Assembly: GCA_044376115.1 (NCBI GenBank)
Contig: JBILLK010000004.1
Span: forward strand, 32,001-96,000
Direction: 5' to 3'
Source of the DNA: Polyangiaceae bacterium
Lineage (GTDB): Bacteria > Myxococcota_A > Polyangia > Polyangiales > Polyangiaceae
Length of the DNA: 64,000 nucleotides
Both the position numbers and the translations under genes were made by a program. Below, one piece after another: positions 20,525 to 29,065 of the stretch. The number at the start of each line of letters is the position of its first letter. The first letter of the stretch is position 1. A model generated the notes under the pieces. That model made no database searches. It was not told where the DNA came from and saw nothing but the letters and a program-made list of their open reading frames with translations.

Positions 20525-22726
20525 GTGCCCGACCCCTCCGCAGTTGTGCGCCTGCCTCGTGGTGGGGTGTACATAAAGACGCCGGCAGGCCCTGTTCAGG
20601 TCGGGGTCCCACCCGAGACCATCAAAGACTCGATGGCGCTCGGCCTCCCGGTCGCTTCGGTTTACGTGGTTCCGCCGGATCTCTTCGATCGCCGTCGCGG
20701 GCTGACGCTGGCCGAGATCGAGTTCCCGGCCTACTTCAACTACTTCATCTTGAAGCGGCGCGCCCGCGTGGTCGTCGAGTCGGAAGAGACGGCCGAGCGC
20801 CTGCGCACGATGATGCGAGAGTCTCTCTTTGGTTCGCGCAGACCAACGAACCACGAGGAGTTTGCGGACAGTATCCCAGTCGACGCGCGCCCGGATTTTG
20901 CGCGTGAGACCGATCACTTTCGCCGCGGGCCCGACGGCAGCTGCCGTGACGTCGACGACCTTTTGGAGTTCTGCGTGATCGGCACTTTCGGCGCCGTGAT
21001 CGATCATCGTTTGCGCATCACCAAGCTAGCCGCTGCGCCGATCTCGGTGAGGAATCCGCAGGCGGCGCCGCCAGGCAGCTACGCCATCGAGGTGGACGGC
21101 GTCGAGGTCGCGCGCACGCCCGCTGTGGTCGAATGCCCCGACCGCGTCACGCCTTCCAGCGCGCGCGTGGTCGCCTTCGATCCGCCGGCCTTCGGGCTGA
21201 CCGTGCTCGGAGCGAGCCACGGCTTCGATCCCAACGGCAAGACCACCGGCTACCTTTTGTGGATCGGCCGGCGCGGCATCCTTATCGATCCGCCCGTCGA
21301 TACCACGCAACACCTGCGCGAAAGCGGCGTGATGCCGAAGACCATCGACGGCGTGGTGCTCACCCACTGCCACGCCGATCACGACAGCGGCGTCTTCGCC
21401 AAGCTGCTCGAGGAAGGCCGCACGCGGCTCTACACCACGCCCACCATCCTCGCCTCCTTCCTCAAGAAGTATTCGGCCTTGAGCGGCATCACCGAGGACC
21501 AACTGCGCCGCACCTTCTCTTTCCAACCGGTGCGCATCGGCCAGCCCACCTCGGTCAACGGCGCCGAGCTTTACTTCTTCTATACCCTGCACTCGATCCC
21601 GACCATCGGCTTCGAGGCCTTCTATGGCGGCAAAAGCCTCGCCTTTTCGTCCGACACCTTGTACCTCCCGAGCGAGATCAATCGCCTAGCAGAGACTGGC
21701 GTCATCTCAAACGGTCGCAGGGACGCGCTTTTGGGCTTCCCCTGGCATCACTCGATGATCTTTCACGAAGCCGGGGTTCCGCCGCTGCATACGCCGGTCG
21801 CACCGCTCGCAGCCTTGCCCGCTGACGTGAAAGAGCGGCTCTACTTGGTGCACATCGCCAAGAAAGACGTGCCTCTTGATAGCGGACTCAAGGCGGCCGA
21901 CGTCGGGCTCGAACACACCAAGCGCATCACAGTGGAGACGCCCGCCCACGCCGATGCCATCGACGTGTTCAACGTCTTCTGTTCGATCGATTTCTTCCGC
22001 GACCTTCCGCTATCGCGAGCGCGCGAGCTCCTGCTCTTGGCCAAACGTCGCCGCGTCGGGCCGGAGCAACAGATCATCGCGCAACACTCGGAGGGGCACG
22101 AGTTCTTCGTGATCGTGCAAGGCTCGGTCAGCGTGATGAAAGACGGTAACTACGTGAAGAGTTACCACTCGGGGGACTACTTCGGAGAGACCGCGCTGGT
22201 GCTCAACCAACCGCGCACGGCGGACGTGGTGGCGCGAACCAACGTGGAGCTGTTGACGCTCGACCGCCACGCCTTCCTCTACTTGCTGCGCGGCACCGAC
22301 ATTCCGATGCGGCTCGCTCGGCTGGCCAAAGCGCGCGAGGCCCGTAGCTGGGAGCTGTTCGAGCAAAACCGCGCTTTGCGCCAGCTCTCGAGCCCACAAA
22401 AGACGCAGCTGCAGACCTACCTCGAGCTGGTGCTGCTCAAAGAGGGGGACGTCCTTTGGCGACGTGGCGAGCCCATCACCCAGGGCTTTTTGATCGATGA
22501 CGGCAAGATCATCATCGAAGGTGATGGCGGGCGGCCCGAGCCGTTCGGCTCCGGCACCTGGTTCGCCGATGTCGACGCGCTGCGCACGCCCCGCCTGCAC
22601 AGCAACACCGCGTACGTCATGGAGCCGGGCCAGGCCTACCGCATCGACGGTACCGATCTGGTGAAGTTCCTCGACGGCAACCCGGGCGTGTTGCTCTCGA
22701 TGATGGGCTCCGACATCACCGAGTAG
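20525..22726 (+). CDS. Metallo-beta-lactamase-fold phosphodiesterase with two cyclic-nucleotide-binding domains
   Basis: THCHADHDSG metal motif, LHSIPT, SSDT, HEAG, LHTP, LVH; CNB1 with YFGETAL...PRTA; degenerate CNB2. Confidence 0.85.
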   Translation: MPDPSAVVRLPRGGVYIKTPAGPVQVGVPPETIKDSMALGLPVASVYVVPPDLFDRRRGLTLAEIEFPAYFNYFILKRRARVVVESEETAERLRTMMRESLFGSRRPTNHEEFADSIPVDARPDFARETDHFRRGPDGSCRDVDDLLEFCVIGTFGAVIDHRLRITKLAAAPISVRNPQAAPPGSYAIEVDGVEVARTPAVVECPDRVTPSSARVVAFDPPAFGLTVLGASHGFDPNGKTTGYLLWIGRRGILIDPPVDTTQHLRESGVMPKTIDGVVLTHCHADHDSGVFAKLLEEGRTRLYTTPTILASFLKKYSALSGITEDQLRRTFSFQPVRIGQPTSVNGAELYFFYTLHSIPTIGFEAFYGGKSLAFSSDTLYLPSEINRLAETGVISNGRRDALLGFPWHHSMIFHEAGVPPLHTPVAPLAALPADVKERLYLVHIAKKDVPLDSGLKAADVGLEHTKRITVETPAHADAIDVFNVFCSIDFFRDLPLSRARELLLLAKRRRVGPEQQIIAQHSEGHEFFVIVQGSVSVMKDGNYVKSYHSGDYFGETALVLNQPRTADVVARTNVELLTLDRHAFLYLLRGTDIPMRLARLAKAREARSWELFEQNRALRQLSSPQKTQLQTYLELVLLKEGDVLWRRGEPITQGFLIDDGKIIIEGDGGRPEPFGSGTWFADVDALRTPRLHSNTAYVMEPGQAYRIDGTDLVKFLDGNPGVLLSMMGSDITE

Positions 22727-22774
22727 CGCCATCGAGGTGGAGGGCGCAGCAACCTCGCGCCCCCGACTGGCCGG

Positions 22775-24934
22775 TCAAACCCGCTCGACGTTGACCACGC
22801 CTTGAATCTTGGTGAGCCGGCGCATCACGTTCTTCAGCTGGTTTAGATCGCTGCAGAGGAAGGTGAACACGTTGGTCGCACGGCCATCATCGCTGGCACG
22901 ACACTGCGCCTCGCTGATGTTGATGCCCTGCTCGTGGAAGGTCTGGCCGATGGTCGCGAGGATGCCCAGCTTGTTCTGGGTCATCACCTTCACCTGCACC
23001 GGCCGATTGATTTTCGCTTTCGCGTCCCAGGTTATCTCGACGCGCCGATCCGGATCCGAGTCGAACGCCTTCGGGCACGCACGCCGATGCACGGTGACGC
23101 CCCTGCCCCGCGTGATGAAGCCAACGATCTCATCGCCCGGCAACGGGTTGCAGCACTTGGTGTAGCGCACGAGCACGTCATCCACGCCAGAGAGCTTGAT
23201 GCCGGCGTTGTCGCGCCCGGTGATCTTGCGAACGAACTGCTCGATCTTGCCTTCACGTAGGCTGGGCGGCACGCTCGGCGGAGAGTTGCCCTCGGCCGGC
23301 GCCAGGAATTCAATCACGGCTCGCGTGTTGACCTTGCCGTAACCGATGTTGACGCACAGCTCATCGAGGCTCGTGACCTTGAACTCCTCGAGCAATTTCT
23401 TCAGGTCGTCATCGCTCTTGGTCAGTTTGGACAAGCTGAGCGAGGCGCCGTGCATCTCCTTCTCGAGCAAGCTGCGTCCGAGCTTGAACGACTTGTCGCG
23501 CTGTTCGGTGCGCAGCGTTTGGCGGATGCGCGAGCGAGCGCGCCCGGTGACCACGAAATCGAGCCAATCCTTGGACGGAGCCTGGTCGGGCTTGGTCGTT
23601 ACTTCGACCACGTCGCCGTTGCGCAGCTTGTAGCGCAAAGGGACGATCGTCCCGTTCACGCGCGCGCCGCTGCAGTGAAGCCCGACCTCGCTGTGAATGG
23701 CGAAGGCGAAGTCGATCGGCGTCGAGCCGCGGGGAAACACGCGCACATCGCCCTTCGGCGTGAACACGTAAACCTCGTCCTGAAACAGGTCGACCTTGAC
23801 GCTCTCGAGGAATTCGGCCGGGTCTTTGAGCTCCTTTTGGAACTCCATCAGCTGGCGCAACCAACCGAAGCGCGCCGCATCCTTCGGATCGATACCGCCG
23901 GAGCGCTCCTTGTACTTCCAGTGCGCGGCGATGCCCTGCTCGGCGACGCGATGCATCTCGTGGGTGCGGATCTGCACCTCGATGCGCTCTCCACCCGGGC
24001 CGAGCACGGTGGTGTGCAGCGACTGGTACATGTTCGGCTTGGGCAGCGCGACGTAGTCCTTGAAGCGGCCCGGGACCGGCGTCCATTGGCTGTGAATCAC
24101 GCCGAGGCAGGCATAACAATCCGCCACCGACTCGACCACGCAGCGGAAGGCGATCACGTCGTAGACGCCCTCGAAGTCCGACTGCTGCGACTGCATCTTG
24201 CGCCAGATCGAGTAAAGGTGTTTGGCGCGGCCAGTGACGTCGACCGCGAAGCCTTGCTTGGCCAGCTTGGTCGACAGCAGCTTCGAAACGTCGGTGATGT
24301 AGCGCTCGCGCTCGGAAGCCGACTTCTTCACCTTCTCGAGCAGGCCCTCGTAATGCTCGGGATCGAGGTACTTGAAAGAAAGGTCCTCGAGCTCGCTCTT
24401 GACCCGCGCGATGCCGAGCCGGTTGGCCAGCGGTGCATAGATCTCCATCGTTTCACGGGCGATGCGGTCTTGCGCCTCCGCCTTCATGAACTCGAGTGAG
24501 CGCATGTTGTCGAGCCGATCACAGAGCTTGACCAGCAACACCCGAATGTCGCGGGCCATGGCGACGACCATCTTGCGGAAGTTCTCTGCTTGGCGATCTT
24601 CGCGCGAGATGAAGTTGATCTTCGACAGCTTGGTGACACCGTCGACGAGGAACGCGACCTCTTCACCGAACTCACGCTCGAGGTCGTCGACGGTGGCCAG
24701 CGTGTCTTCGACGCAGTCGTGGAGCAGGCCCGCGCAGACGCTCGCAGCGTCGAGCTTGAGCTCGGTGATGATGGCGGCGACGTTCGTCGGGTGGACGAAG
24801 TACGGGTCCCCGCTCTTTCGCATCTGCCCGTTGTGAGCCTTCTCGGCGAAGCTAAAAGCTCGCTCGATCAGGGCGGCATCCGCATTAGGGTGGTACGAAC
24901 GGAGACGACCGACTAGGTCTTGGGCTGATACCAT
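22775..24934 (-). CDS. relA: Bifunctional (p)ppGpp synthetase/hydrolase Rel (RelA/SpoT)
   Basis: Intact HD motif LLHDCVED, GRAKHLYSI, RFKD (RxKD), YQSLHTT, EVQIRT, AAHWKYK, TGS (VFTPKG), CC.PLPGD and ACT domains. ATG at 24934. Confidence 0.96.
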   Translation of the reverse strand: MVSAQDLVGRLRSYHPNADAALIERAFSFAEKAHNGQMRKSGDPYFVHPTNVAAIITELKLDAASVCAGLLHDCVEDTLATVDDLEREFGEEVAFLVDGVTKLSKINFISREDRQAENFRKMVVAMARDIRVLLVKLCDRLDNMRSLEFMKAEAQDRIARETMEIYAPLANRLGIARVKSELEDLSFKYLDPEHYEGLLEKVKKSASERERYITDVSKLLSTKLAKQGFAVDVTGRAKHLYSIWRKMQSQQSDFEGVYDVIAFRCVVESVADCYACLGVIHSQWTPVPGRFKDYVALPKPNMYQSLHTTVLGPGGERIEVQIRTHEMHRVAEQGIAAHWKYKERSGGIDPKDAARFGWLRQLMEFQKELKDPAEFLESVKVDLFQDEVYVFTPKGDVRVFPRGSTPIDFAFAIHSEVGLHCSGARVNGTIVPLRYKLRNGDVVEVTTKPDQAPSKDWLDFVVTGRARSRIRQTLRTEQRDKSFKLGRSLLEKEMHGASLSLSKLTKSDDDLKKLLEEFKVTSLDELCVNIGYGKVNTRAVIEFLAPAEGNSPPSVPPSLREGKIEQFVRKITGRDNAGIKLSGVDDVLVRYTKCCNPLPGDEIVGFITRGRGVTVHRRACPKAFDSDPDRRVEITWDAKAKINRPVQVKVMTQNKLGILATIGQTFHEQGINISEAQCRASDDGRATNVFTFLCSDLNQLKNVMRRLTKIQGVVNVERV

Positions 24935-24961
24935 GCTGGAAGGAGCTCCACGTTGCGTGGA

Positions 24962-26236
24962 ATGAGTGAGGGTACCACCCGCGAGCGTCCCTCGCAAATT
25001 CCCGCAGTTTCGGAAACGGCGTCTGCGGCGATTGACGGCTCGCTTCGGGTTGGCGGCGGAGCGTCGCGGGGCTTTGCCGCCTACGTGCACTTTCCGTATT
25101 GCCTGAAGAAGTGCCCGTATTGCGACTTTGCCTCGTTCACCACGCCGCGCGAGGAGATCCCACACGAGCGCTACCGCGACGCCGTGGTCGCGGAGATCGG
25201 CCTTTGGGCGCAGCAACGACCGAGCTGGCCGAAGCTCAGCTCGGTCTTCTTTGGCGGTGGAACGCCCTCGCTTTGGCTTGCCTCGGCCCTGGGCGATGTC
25301 GTGCGTGCGTTGCAGAGCACCTTTGGCTTCGAGAGCAACGTCGAAATTACAGCGGAGTGCAACCCGACCTCGCTCGATGAACGCAAGGCGAGCGAGCTGC
25401 TGGAGGCCGGCGTCAATCGGCTGAGCATTGGCATTCAGTCGCTCGACCGCGACAGGCTCGCCTTCTTGGGCCGGCTCCACGACGTGGACGGTGGCCTGGC
25501 TTCGCTGGCCGCTGCTCGAGCAGCGGGCGTAAAGCGGCTCAGTTGCGACTTGATCTTCGGCGTCGCCGGTGGTCGCGCAGAATCACCGGAGGACGCGCGC
25601 GCCGAGGTGCTCGCGCTCGCCGAGTTCGGCCTCGAGCATTTGTCGGCGTACGGCCTGACGATCGAGGCGGGCACCCAGTTTGGCGAGCTGGCGCGTCGCG
25701 GCCGCCTTCCGATTGCCAGCGATGATCTGATCGCCGACTCCTTCTCGGCCATCGATGAAGCGCTCACGGCGGTTGGCTTCACCCACTACGAGGTCTCCAA
25801 CTACGCGCGACCGGGCGAAGAAGCGCGCCACAACCTTTCGTATTGGCGCGGGGATGACTACCTCGGCCTCGGCTCCTCGGCGGTTGGTACGCTCAGCGAG
25901 CCGAACTCCGGCAATGCCACGCGCACCAAGCATCACCCCAACCCCGAGCGCTACATGAATACGGTGCTCGGCGGTGAGCTGAAGCCGCTCGAGACCGAGC
26001 ATCTCGACCCCGAGACGCGGGTGCGCGAAGCGCTGATGCTGGGACTGCGGCTGGCCGAAGGGGTCGACCTTGGTGTGCTGAGCGAGCGGCTCGGCGTGCA
26101 AGTGCGCACCGCCGAACGCGAGCGAGCCATGCGCCAACTCGAGCGCGCGGGCCGGCTCGAGATCTCCGAGCAGCACCTGCGAATCCCCCGTGCTGCCCGG
26201 GCCTTCAGCGATGGCATCGCTGCGGCGCTGTTCTAG
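24962..26236 (+). CDS. hemW: Radical SAM heme chaperone HemW (HemN-like)
   Basis: YVHFPYCLKKCPYCDF, FFGGGTPS, ECNP, YEVSNYA and the HemW-type HNLSYW. Confidence 0.88.
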   Translation: MSEGTTRERPSQIPAVSETASAAIDGSLRVGGGASRGFAAYVHFPYCLKKCPYCDFASFTTPREEIPHERYRDAVVAEIGLWAQQRPSWPKLSSVFFGGGTPSLWLASALGDVVRALQSTFGFESNVEITAECNPTSLDERKASELLEAGVNRLSIGIQSLDRDRLAFLGRLHDVDGGLASLAAARAAGVKRLSCDLIFGVAGGRAESPEDARAEVLALAEFGLEHLSAYGLTIEAGTQFGELARRGRLPIASDDLIADSFSAIDEALTAVGFTHYEVSNYARPGEEARHNLSYWRGDDYLGLGSSAVGTLSEPNSGNATRTKHHPNPERYMNTVLGGELKPLETEHLDPETRVREALMLGLRLAEGVDLGVLSERLGVQVRTAERERAMRQLERAGRLEISEQHLRIPRAARAFSDGIAAALF

Positions 26237-26260
26237 CACGCGCCGCTTCGCGAGCCCGCG

Positions 26261-26845
26261 CTAGCTCTTCTTCTTGTCGGGCGTGAAGCGCAGCGAGTAG
26301 CTGACGACGGTGGTGCCAGTCTTGGGCTTCTCGAAGTCGACGCCCAGAATCACGTCACGCACGCACTGCTCGAAGCCCTCGCCCGCGATCGCGCTCTTCC
26401 ATTTCTTGATCTCGGCCTTGCCGCCGGCCTTGTCGATCTTCAGATCGATGCTCACGTCACCGCCTTTGGCTTGATCCTCCGCTTTGGCGAAGCAGGCCTT
26501 GAGCGCGTCGAAGTGAGGAGCGACGCTGCGCTTGATCGGCCCCTTGGTGACGTCGTCGTTGGGACCACCACCGATGTGCATGCCGATGTTCTTCACCGTC
26601 ACGGCGGGCAGCGGCGGAGCCTCAGGGGCCGCTGCCGCGCTGGCAGAGGCCGTCGTAGACACCACTGCGCTGACTGCCGTAGAGGCTGTGGGCTGCGGCG
26701 GCGCGCTCACGGTTGCGCTAGGCGGAGCCGCTGAGAGCTTCGCCGTTGACGGCGCCGCGCTCGAAGCAGCGCTTTGCGGAGCAGCCTTTTCGCCACCGCA
26801 GGCAACGCACGCAGCCGAAACAACCAAGAACGAGAGCTTGACCAA
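26261..26845 (-). CDS. Lipoprotein with AgmX/PglI (TonB-C-like) C-terminal domain
   Basis: TTG start after GAGGAG; lipobox-like CVAC; Ala/Pro/Ser linker; LKACF...G.V.I.L.ID..G...QCV...F......VSYSLRF. Confidence 0.62.
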   Translation of the reverse strand: MVKLSFLVVSAACVACGGEKAAPQSAASSAAPSTAKLSAAPPSATVSAPPQPTASTAVSAVVSTTASASAAAAPEAPPLPAVTVKNIGMHIGGGPNDDVTKGPIKRSVAPHFDALKACFAKAEDQAKGGDVSIDLKIDKAGGKAEIKKWKSAIAGEGFEQCVRDVILGVDFEKPKTGTTVVSYSLRFTPDKKKS

Positions 26846-26855
26846 CGAGGACTCC

Positions 26856-28082
26856 TCAACCGCCCGAAGCGGCCTGTAACGAATGAACGACCTCACCGCC
26901 CGCAATGACGGTGAGGGCTTTGCTCAGGCCAAACGGCTGAGCCAAGGCGTCTTCATGCGGCAGGTCCCACAAGACCAGATCCGCACGTGCGCCCACGGAC
27001 AGTTGGCCGTGGGACTTGAGATCGAGGCTCAAAGCCGCTTCCACGGTGGCGCCGCGCAGCGCCTCCGTCACCGAGAGGCCATAGTTCCTGACGGCGAACG
27101 CGAGCGCAAGAGGCAGGCTCTCGGTCGGTGCAGTGCCAGGGTTTGCATCGCTGGCCACCACCATACGGAGGCCGTGTTTGCGCAGCTCATCGATCGCAGG
27201 CGTTGGCCCGCGCAAGGTGAAGCTCGCGACCGGTAGCAAGCCGACACGAACGCCCGCTGCTGCGAGCGCAGCAAGCCCCGCTTGCGAAACGTGTTCGGCG
27301 TGATCCACCGAGAGCGCCCCCAACTCAGCCGCGAACTCGGCACCGCCAACGTCGGCAAACTGACCGATGTGAAGCCGTAGCCCAAAGCCATCTCGCCGAG
27401 CTCGCTCGCACAGCGTACGAGCCTGCGCTACCGAAAACGCCGCTCGATCGAGGTAAGCGTCGACGAAGCGAAACAAGCCCTCCTCAGCGAGCGCCGGGTA
27501 GCTCTCTTCAGTCACCGTCCGTGCGTAGCCGTCCCGATCGCCCGCCGCTTCCGGCGGAACGGCGTGCAGGCCGAGGAAGGTGGGAACCAGAGTTAGCTGT
27601 CGCAAGCGAGCCTGCGCGGTTCGTATCGCACGCAGCTGTTTTCGCTCGCTCGCCAAATCGAGCCCGTAGCCGCTCTTGATTTCGAAGCTGGTGACGCCCA
27701 GCGCGACCATCCGCCGCAAGCGAGCCACCAGTTGCTCGACGAGCTGCTCCTCCGCGATCGCGCGCACCGCCCGCATGCTGCTGACGATGCCACCGCCCGC
27801 TTTGGCGATCGCCTCGTAGTCGGCGCCGGCCATCCGCAGCGCGTACTCGTTGTGCCGAGAGCCCGCCCAAGCGGCGTGCGTATGTGCATCGCAAAGCCCA
27901 GGCGTGACGAGCTCGGCCTCGAGCACGACCGCGGTGGGCAGCGCCTCTGGCGCCTCGCTACGTGGCCCGATCCGCGCGACGAGCCCTCCTTCGACGTCGA
28001 GAAAGGCGTGTTCGATCACGCCCAACCCGGAGCCGGTGCAGCAAACCAGACGCTCAGCGAGCACGCGCAACGGGCGCTTCAT
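26856..28082 (-). CDS. hutI: Imidazolonepropionase
   Basis: PGLCDAHTH, YEAIAKAGGGIVSS, EIKSGYGL, FLGLHA, SVDHAEH, ASDANPGT. Confidence 0.92.
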   Translation of the reverse strand: MKRPLRVLAERLVCCTGSGLGVIEHAFLDVEGGLVARIGPRSEAPEALPTAVVLEAELVTPGLCDAHTHAAWAGSRHNEYALRMAGADYEAIAKAGGGIVSSMRAVRAIAEEQLVEQLVARLRRMVALGVTSFEIKSGYGLDLASERKQLRAIRTAQARLRQLTLVPTFLGLHAVPPEAAGDRDGYARTVTEESYPALAEEGLFRFVDAYLDRAAFSVAQARTLCERARRDGFGLRLHIGQFADVGGAEFAAELGALSVDHAEHVSQAGLAALAAAGVRVGLLPVASFTLRGPTPAIDELRKHGLRMVVASDANPGTAPTESLPLALAFAVRNYGLSVTEALRGATVEAALSLDLKSHGQLSVGARADLVLWDLPHEDALAQPFGLSKALTVIAGGEVVHSLQAASGG

Positions 28083-28972
28083 GCGAGGCTCGCTACCACG
28101 GTGCTGTTGCGATCGATCGCCGCCTCGGCGGCCTCGACGCTCGCGACCGCGGCGGCGTCACTCGAAGCAAGGTTGGTCTCGTCCACACCGAGCAGACGTA
28201 AGAGCAGCGGAGGCGGCCGAAACCCGAGTTCGGGCTCGCGGGCGAAGAGCGCCGCTAAATGCTCAGCGTACGCCTGCGCGAGCTCGCGGAACTCGATCCG
28301 ATCGAACGGCTTGGTACGCCGCCGTGAGGCGTATGCGGACGCGACCAGCGCCACGAACATAAGCTTGTAGAGCATGCGCAGCCGCAGCCGCGCGAGTTCG
28401 GACTTTCCCGCCATCGCGTGCTTCAAGAAGTGAACGTTGAGCGGTACGTGAAACGACTCATCGCGCGTAAGGATGGTCAACATTGGACGGATCGCCGGGT
28501 GCTTCACCCTAGCGAGGGCCATGCGGTAGGTCGTCGAGCCGATCGATTCGAACATCAAGTTCACGAGTACGATCGACTCCATGCGTTTGGCCCGACCGTA
28601 GAGCCGGTAGAACGTCCCGGTGACCCGGCCCATCGGTTTGATTTCACCGCCGATGAATTGCAAAAACTTGGTAAGCAGCTGTCGGTGCCAACCCTCTTCA
28701 TCACCGTACAGCCGAAGCGTCTCGGCTAGCTCGGGGTCGAGCGAACTCACCTCCTCTGCGAGCTCGTGGGCTTGCCGTAGCCCGGACTCCTCAGCACGAA
28801 AGGCCGCGTTGAAAAATGCGATGGCCGCGCGTTGCTCTTCGGCCGACGCCCACTCGACCGGCGTCGATAAGTCGAGGACGTGGTCAGCCATACGCTCGCG
28901 ACGACGTTTGAGCGCTTGCAGCCAGAAGGAGGTCGGACGTCTCGTGGCGACTTGCTCGTGCAAAAAGGCCAT
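28079..28972 (-). CDS. Ferritin-like diiron-carboxylate protein
   Basis: AEESG, DEEGWH, FESIG and RDESFH ligand pattern. ATGA overlap with the hutI start. Confidence 0.7.
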   Translation of the reverse strand: MAFLHEQVATRRPTSFWLQALKRRRERMADHVLDLSTPVEWASAEEQRAAIAFFNAAFRAEESGLRQAHELAEEVSSLDPELAETLRLYGDEEGWHRQLLTKFLQFIGGEIKPMGRVTGTFYRLYGRAKRMESIVLVNLMFESIGSTTYRMALARVKHPAIRPMLTILTRDESFHVPLNVHFLKHAMAGKSELARLRLRMLYKLMFVALVASAYASRRRTKPFDRIEFRELAQAYAEHLAALFAREPELGFRPPPLLLRLLGVDETNLASSDAAAVASVEAAEAAIDRNSTVVASLA

Positions 28973-29065
28973 GACGGCCGCTTTATATCGCGAATCGACG
29001 GCGAGCTGAACCGTCCTTGCGCGAAGGTTGTCGCACCAACCATGCAGGCAGACTAAGCTTGCGCG

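Noticed and set aside
24935..25480. 181-aa N-terminal extension of Rel in the ORF track
   Set aside because: It is antisense to the conserved hemW coding region; Rel homology begins at the ATG at 24934.
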